From positions 112,346,001 through 112,410,000 of the forward strand of contig CM059432.1 of the NCBI GenBank assembly GCA_030390025.1: DNA of 64,000 nucleotides, read 5' to 3'. The DNA comes from Squalus acanthias. Its lineage: Eukaryota. This document shows positions 61,204 through 64,000 of this stretch, in pieces (position 1 is the first letter of the stretch; each line of letters begins with the position of its first letter). A model generated the notes under the pieces. It saw only the letters and a list, made by a program, of their open reading frames with translations, was not told the DNA's origin and made no database searches. The position numbers were made by a program, and so were the translations under genes.

Positions 61204-61749
61204 ACCTTTCTTTCTACCTTTCTTTCTTATAAGCTTTTTGTTATTGGGATATTAATTTATCAGAACATGAGATTCAGACTAAGAAATACATTTGCACCTT
61301 TTTGAACTTCCCTTAATGTCATTTCTGCTAAAGTTGTATGTGCCGAGATGAAAGTATAAAGAGTTGCATCCCCAACTTGGGGCTAACGTAAGGGACTGCA
61401 TTTTGTTTACACTGTTCATGCTAAATGTTCCAGGTCCCTGCTGTTTTGTTTGCCAGTAGATTCAAGGCTATCATTAGTAAAAATGGAAGGCAGGTGGAGA
61501 GTACTTCTTCTTTAGAAGGGGAGAGTTGGTTCGCTACTGACTCCTGAAATCAGGAAAGGGTAGGCTTGCATATGAGGTGTCCATATTTTCCAAGATCTAT
61601 GAGAAACTTGAGGGCATGTTGTGGCATTATGAATTTTATGAAGAATCCTGTGATCTTTCTAGATACTCTGCTATTGAGACTGCCCAATTATCACAGTTAT
61701 GCTCAATGCAGATTAATGTAAGCACTTTAGATAAATTAGCTCCCCATTA

Positions 61750-64000
61750 CTTCTTCTTAGGCAGTCCCTCGGAGCCGAGGATGACTTGCTTCCACACTAA
61801 AAATGAGTTCTCAGGTGACTGATGAGTCCAAGGCAGGACCTACAGTCTCTGTCACAGGTGGGGCAGACGGTGGTTGAAGCGGCGGGTGGGTGGGGTGCTT
61901 GGGTTGACGTGCGCTCCTTCCGCTGTTTGCGCTTGGCTTCCGCTTGCTCCCGGCGAAGAGACTCAAGGTGTTCGGCGCCTTCCCGGATGCTTCTCCTCCA
62001 CTTTGTGCGGTCTTGGGCCAGGGATTCCCAGGTGTCGGTGGGGATGTTGCACTTTTTCAAGGAGGCTTTGAGGGTGTCCTTGAAGCGTTTCCTCTGCCCA
62101 CCTGGGGCTCTCTTGCCGTGTCGGAGCTCCGAGTAGAGCGCTTGTTTTGGGAGTCTCGTATCGGGGATGCGGACGATGTGGCCTGTCCATCAGAGCAGAT
62201 CGAGCGTGGTCAAAGCTTCGATGCTGGGGATGTTGGCCTGAGCGAGAACACTGACGTTGGTGTGCCTATACTGCCAATGGATTTGCAGGATCTTGCGGAG
62301 GCAGTGTTGGTGGTACCTCTCCAGTGCTTTGAGGTGCCTGCTGTACATGGTCCATGTATCTGAAGCATTAAGGAGGGCGGGTATCACTACTGCTCTGTAG
62401 ACCATGAGCTTGGTGCTGGGTTTGAGGTCCTGGCCTTCAAACACTCTCTTCCTCAGGCGACCGAAGGCTGCAGTGGCACAGTGAAGACAGTGTTGGACTT
62501 CATCATCGACGTCTGCCCTTGTTGACAGTAGGCTCCCGAGGTATGGAAAGCGGTCCACGTTGTCCAAGGCCTTGTCATGGATTTTGATAATCGGGGTGCA
62601 GTACTGTGTGGCAGGGGCAGGTTGGTAGAGGACTTTTGTCTTACGGATGTTTAGTGTAAGGCCCATGCTCTCCTATGCTTCTGTGAAGATGTTGACGATG
62701 GTTTGGAGTTCGACCTCCGAGTGTGCGCAGACGCAAGCGTCGTCTGCATATTGTAATTCGATGACAGAGCATGGGACGGCCTTGGATCTGGACTGGAGGC
62801 GACGGAGGTTGAACAGTTTCCCGTTTGTTCTGTAGATTAGCTCCACTCCAGCGGGGAGCTTACTGAGGGTGAGATGGAGCTTTGCAGCAAGGAAGATCGA
62901 GAAGAGCGTTGGTGCGATGACACAGCCTTGCTTGACCCCGATCCGTACGTGAATTGGGTCTGTGGTGGATCCGTTGGTCAGGATCACGGCTTGCATGTCG
63001 TCATGAAGCAGGCGGAGGATGATGACAAACTTTTGAGGGCAGCCGAATTTGAGGACACTCCATAATCCCTCACGGTTGACTGTGTCGAAGGCCTTTGTGA
63101 GGTCAAAAAAGGCCATGTACAGCAGTTGGTGCTGTTCCCTGCATTTCTCTTGTAGTTGACACGTGGTGAAGATCATGTCCATTGTGCCCCTTAGTGGGCG
63201 GAATCCGCATTGCAACTCTAGGAGGAGCTCTTCAGCCACTGGGAGAAGGCGATTGAGGAGGATTCTTGCAATGGCTTTTCCTGTGGCAGACAGTAGGGAG
63301 ACTCCTCTGTAATTACTGCAATCGGACACGTCACCTTTCTTGAAGATGGCCACGATTACGGCGTCTCTGAGTTCTCCTGGCATGCTCTCCTCCTTCCAAA
63401 TAAGAGAAATTAGTTCATGCGCCAATAGTGCTTCTCCGGCATGTTTTAGCGCCTCGGCGGGGATTCCATCGGCTCCTGAGGCCTTGTTCTTCAGTTGTCG
63501 GATGGCCTTTTCAACCTCATGCCGGGCTGGGGTTGTGCTGAGGTGGTGGCGGGTAGCATGCTGCGGGATGGAGTTGAGGACACTCGCGTCGAAGACAGAG
63601 TCTCGGTTAAGGAGATCATTGAAGTGCTCCTTCCAGAAGGCATTGACTGCCTCTCTGTCCTTGATGAGTACCTCTTCGTTCTTGGCCCGCAGTGGGGTAG
63701 GACCTTGGGTGCTTGGGCCGTAGGTGGTCTTGACTGTGCTAAAGAATCCACGCACGTCGTGGTTGTCGGCTAGCTACTGGAGCTCCTGCGCTTTCTCCAC
63801 CCACCACCTTTTCTTTAGGTCTCGAGTTTTTTGTTGGACCTCGGCCTTCAGGCATCTGTAGAGCTGCTTTCTTGCTCTCGAGTTGTGTTGCTGTTTCTAG
63901 ATCGGGAATGCCTTGCGCTTGCAGCTTATTAGCTCCTGGATCTCCTGGTCGTTCTCGTCGAACCAGTCTTGGTGTTTCCTGGTTGAGTGACCGAGCATCT
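61750..64000 (-). mobile_element. RTE (BovB-class) LINE, runs off the window end
   Basis: ORFs 62673-63755, 62190-62666 and 61797-62060 closely match the other two RTE copies; (AAG)n tail. Confidence 0.97.

Noticed and set aside
1..64000. Strand bias of CR1 copies indicating host gene orientation
   Set aside because: Too few copies, and other families lie on both strands.

Overview
Vertebrate non-coding DNA, most likely from a cartilaginous fish (inferred from the repeat complement), made mostly of nested transposable elements. I found no supportable host exon, RNA gene or CRISPR array. Contents: many CR1 LINE copies (one full-length, with a Zn-finger/esterase ORF1), two L2 copies, three young RTE (BovB-class) copies, and three pieces of a second CR1-group (Zenon-like) LINE. 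There is also a Penelope element (RT + GIY-YIG) with a 13-bp TSD, several tRNA-derived SINEs (Deu-domain, LF-SINE-like, and another old family) and a solo LTR. PIF/Harbinger elements are present as three decayed copies, two of which show the convergent transposase + spliced Myb/SANT gene pair, plus several MITEs. A ~30-bp GATA-rich minisatellite lies near 20 kb. Best leads: (1) a minimal hammerhead ribozyme in the Penelope 3' repeat, split by a MITE whose 3-bp TSD is the GUU cleavage triplet; (2) a Pol III tRNA-like head joined directly to the 5' end of a Zenon-like LINE ORF; (3) an RTE insertion flanked by a 157-bp target-site duplication. Boundaries without a TSD or TIR are approximate. Family names come from motif recognition, not from database searches.
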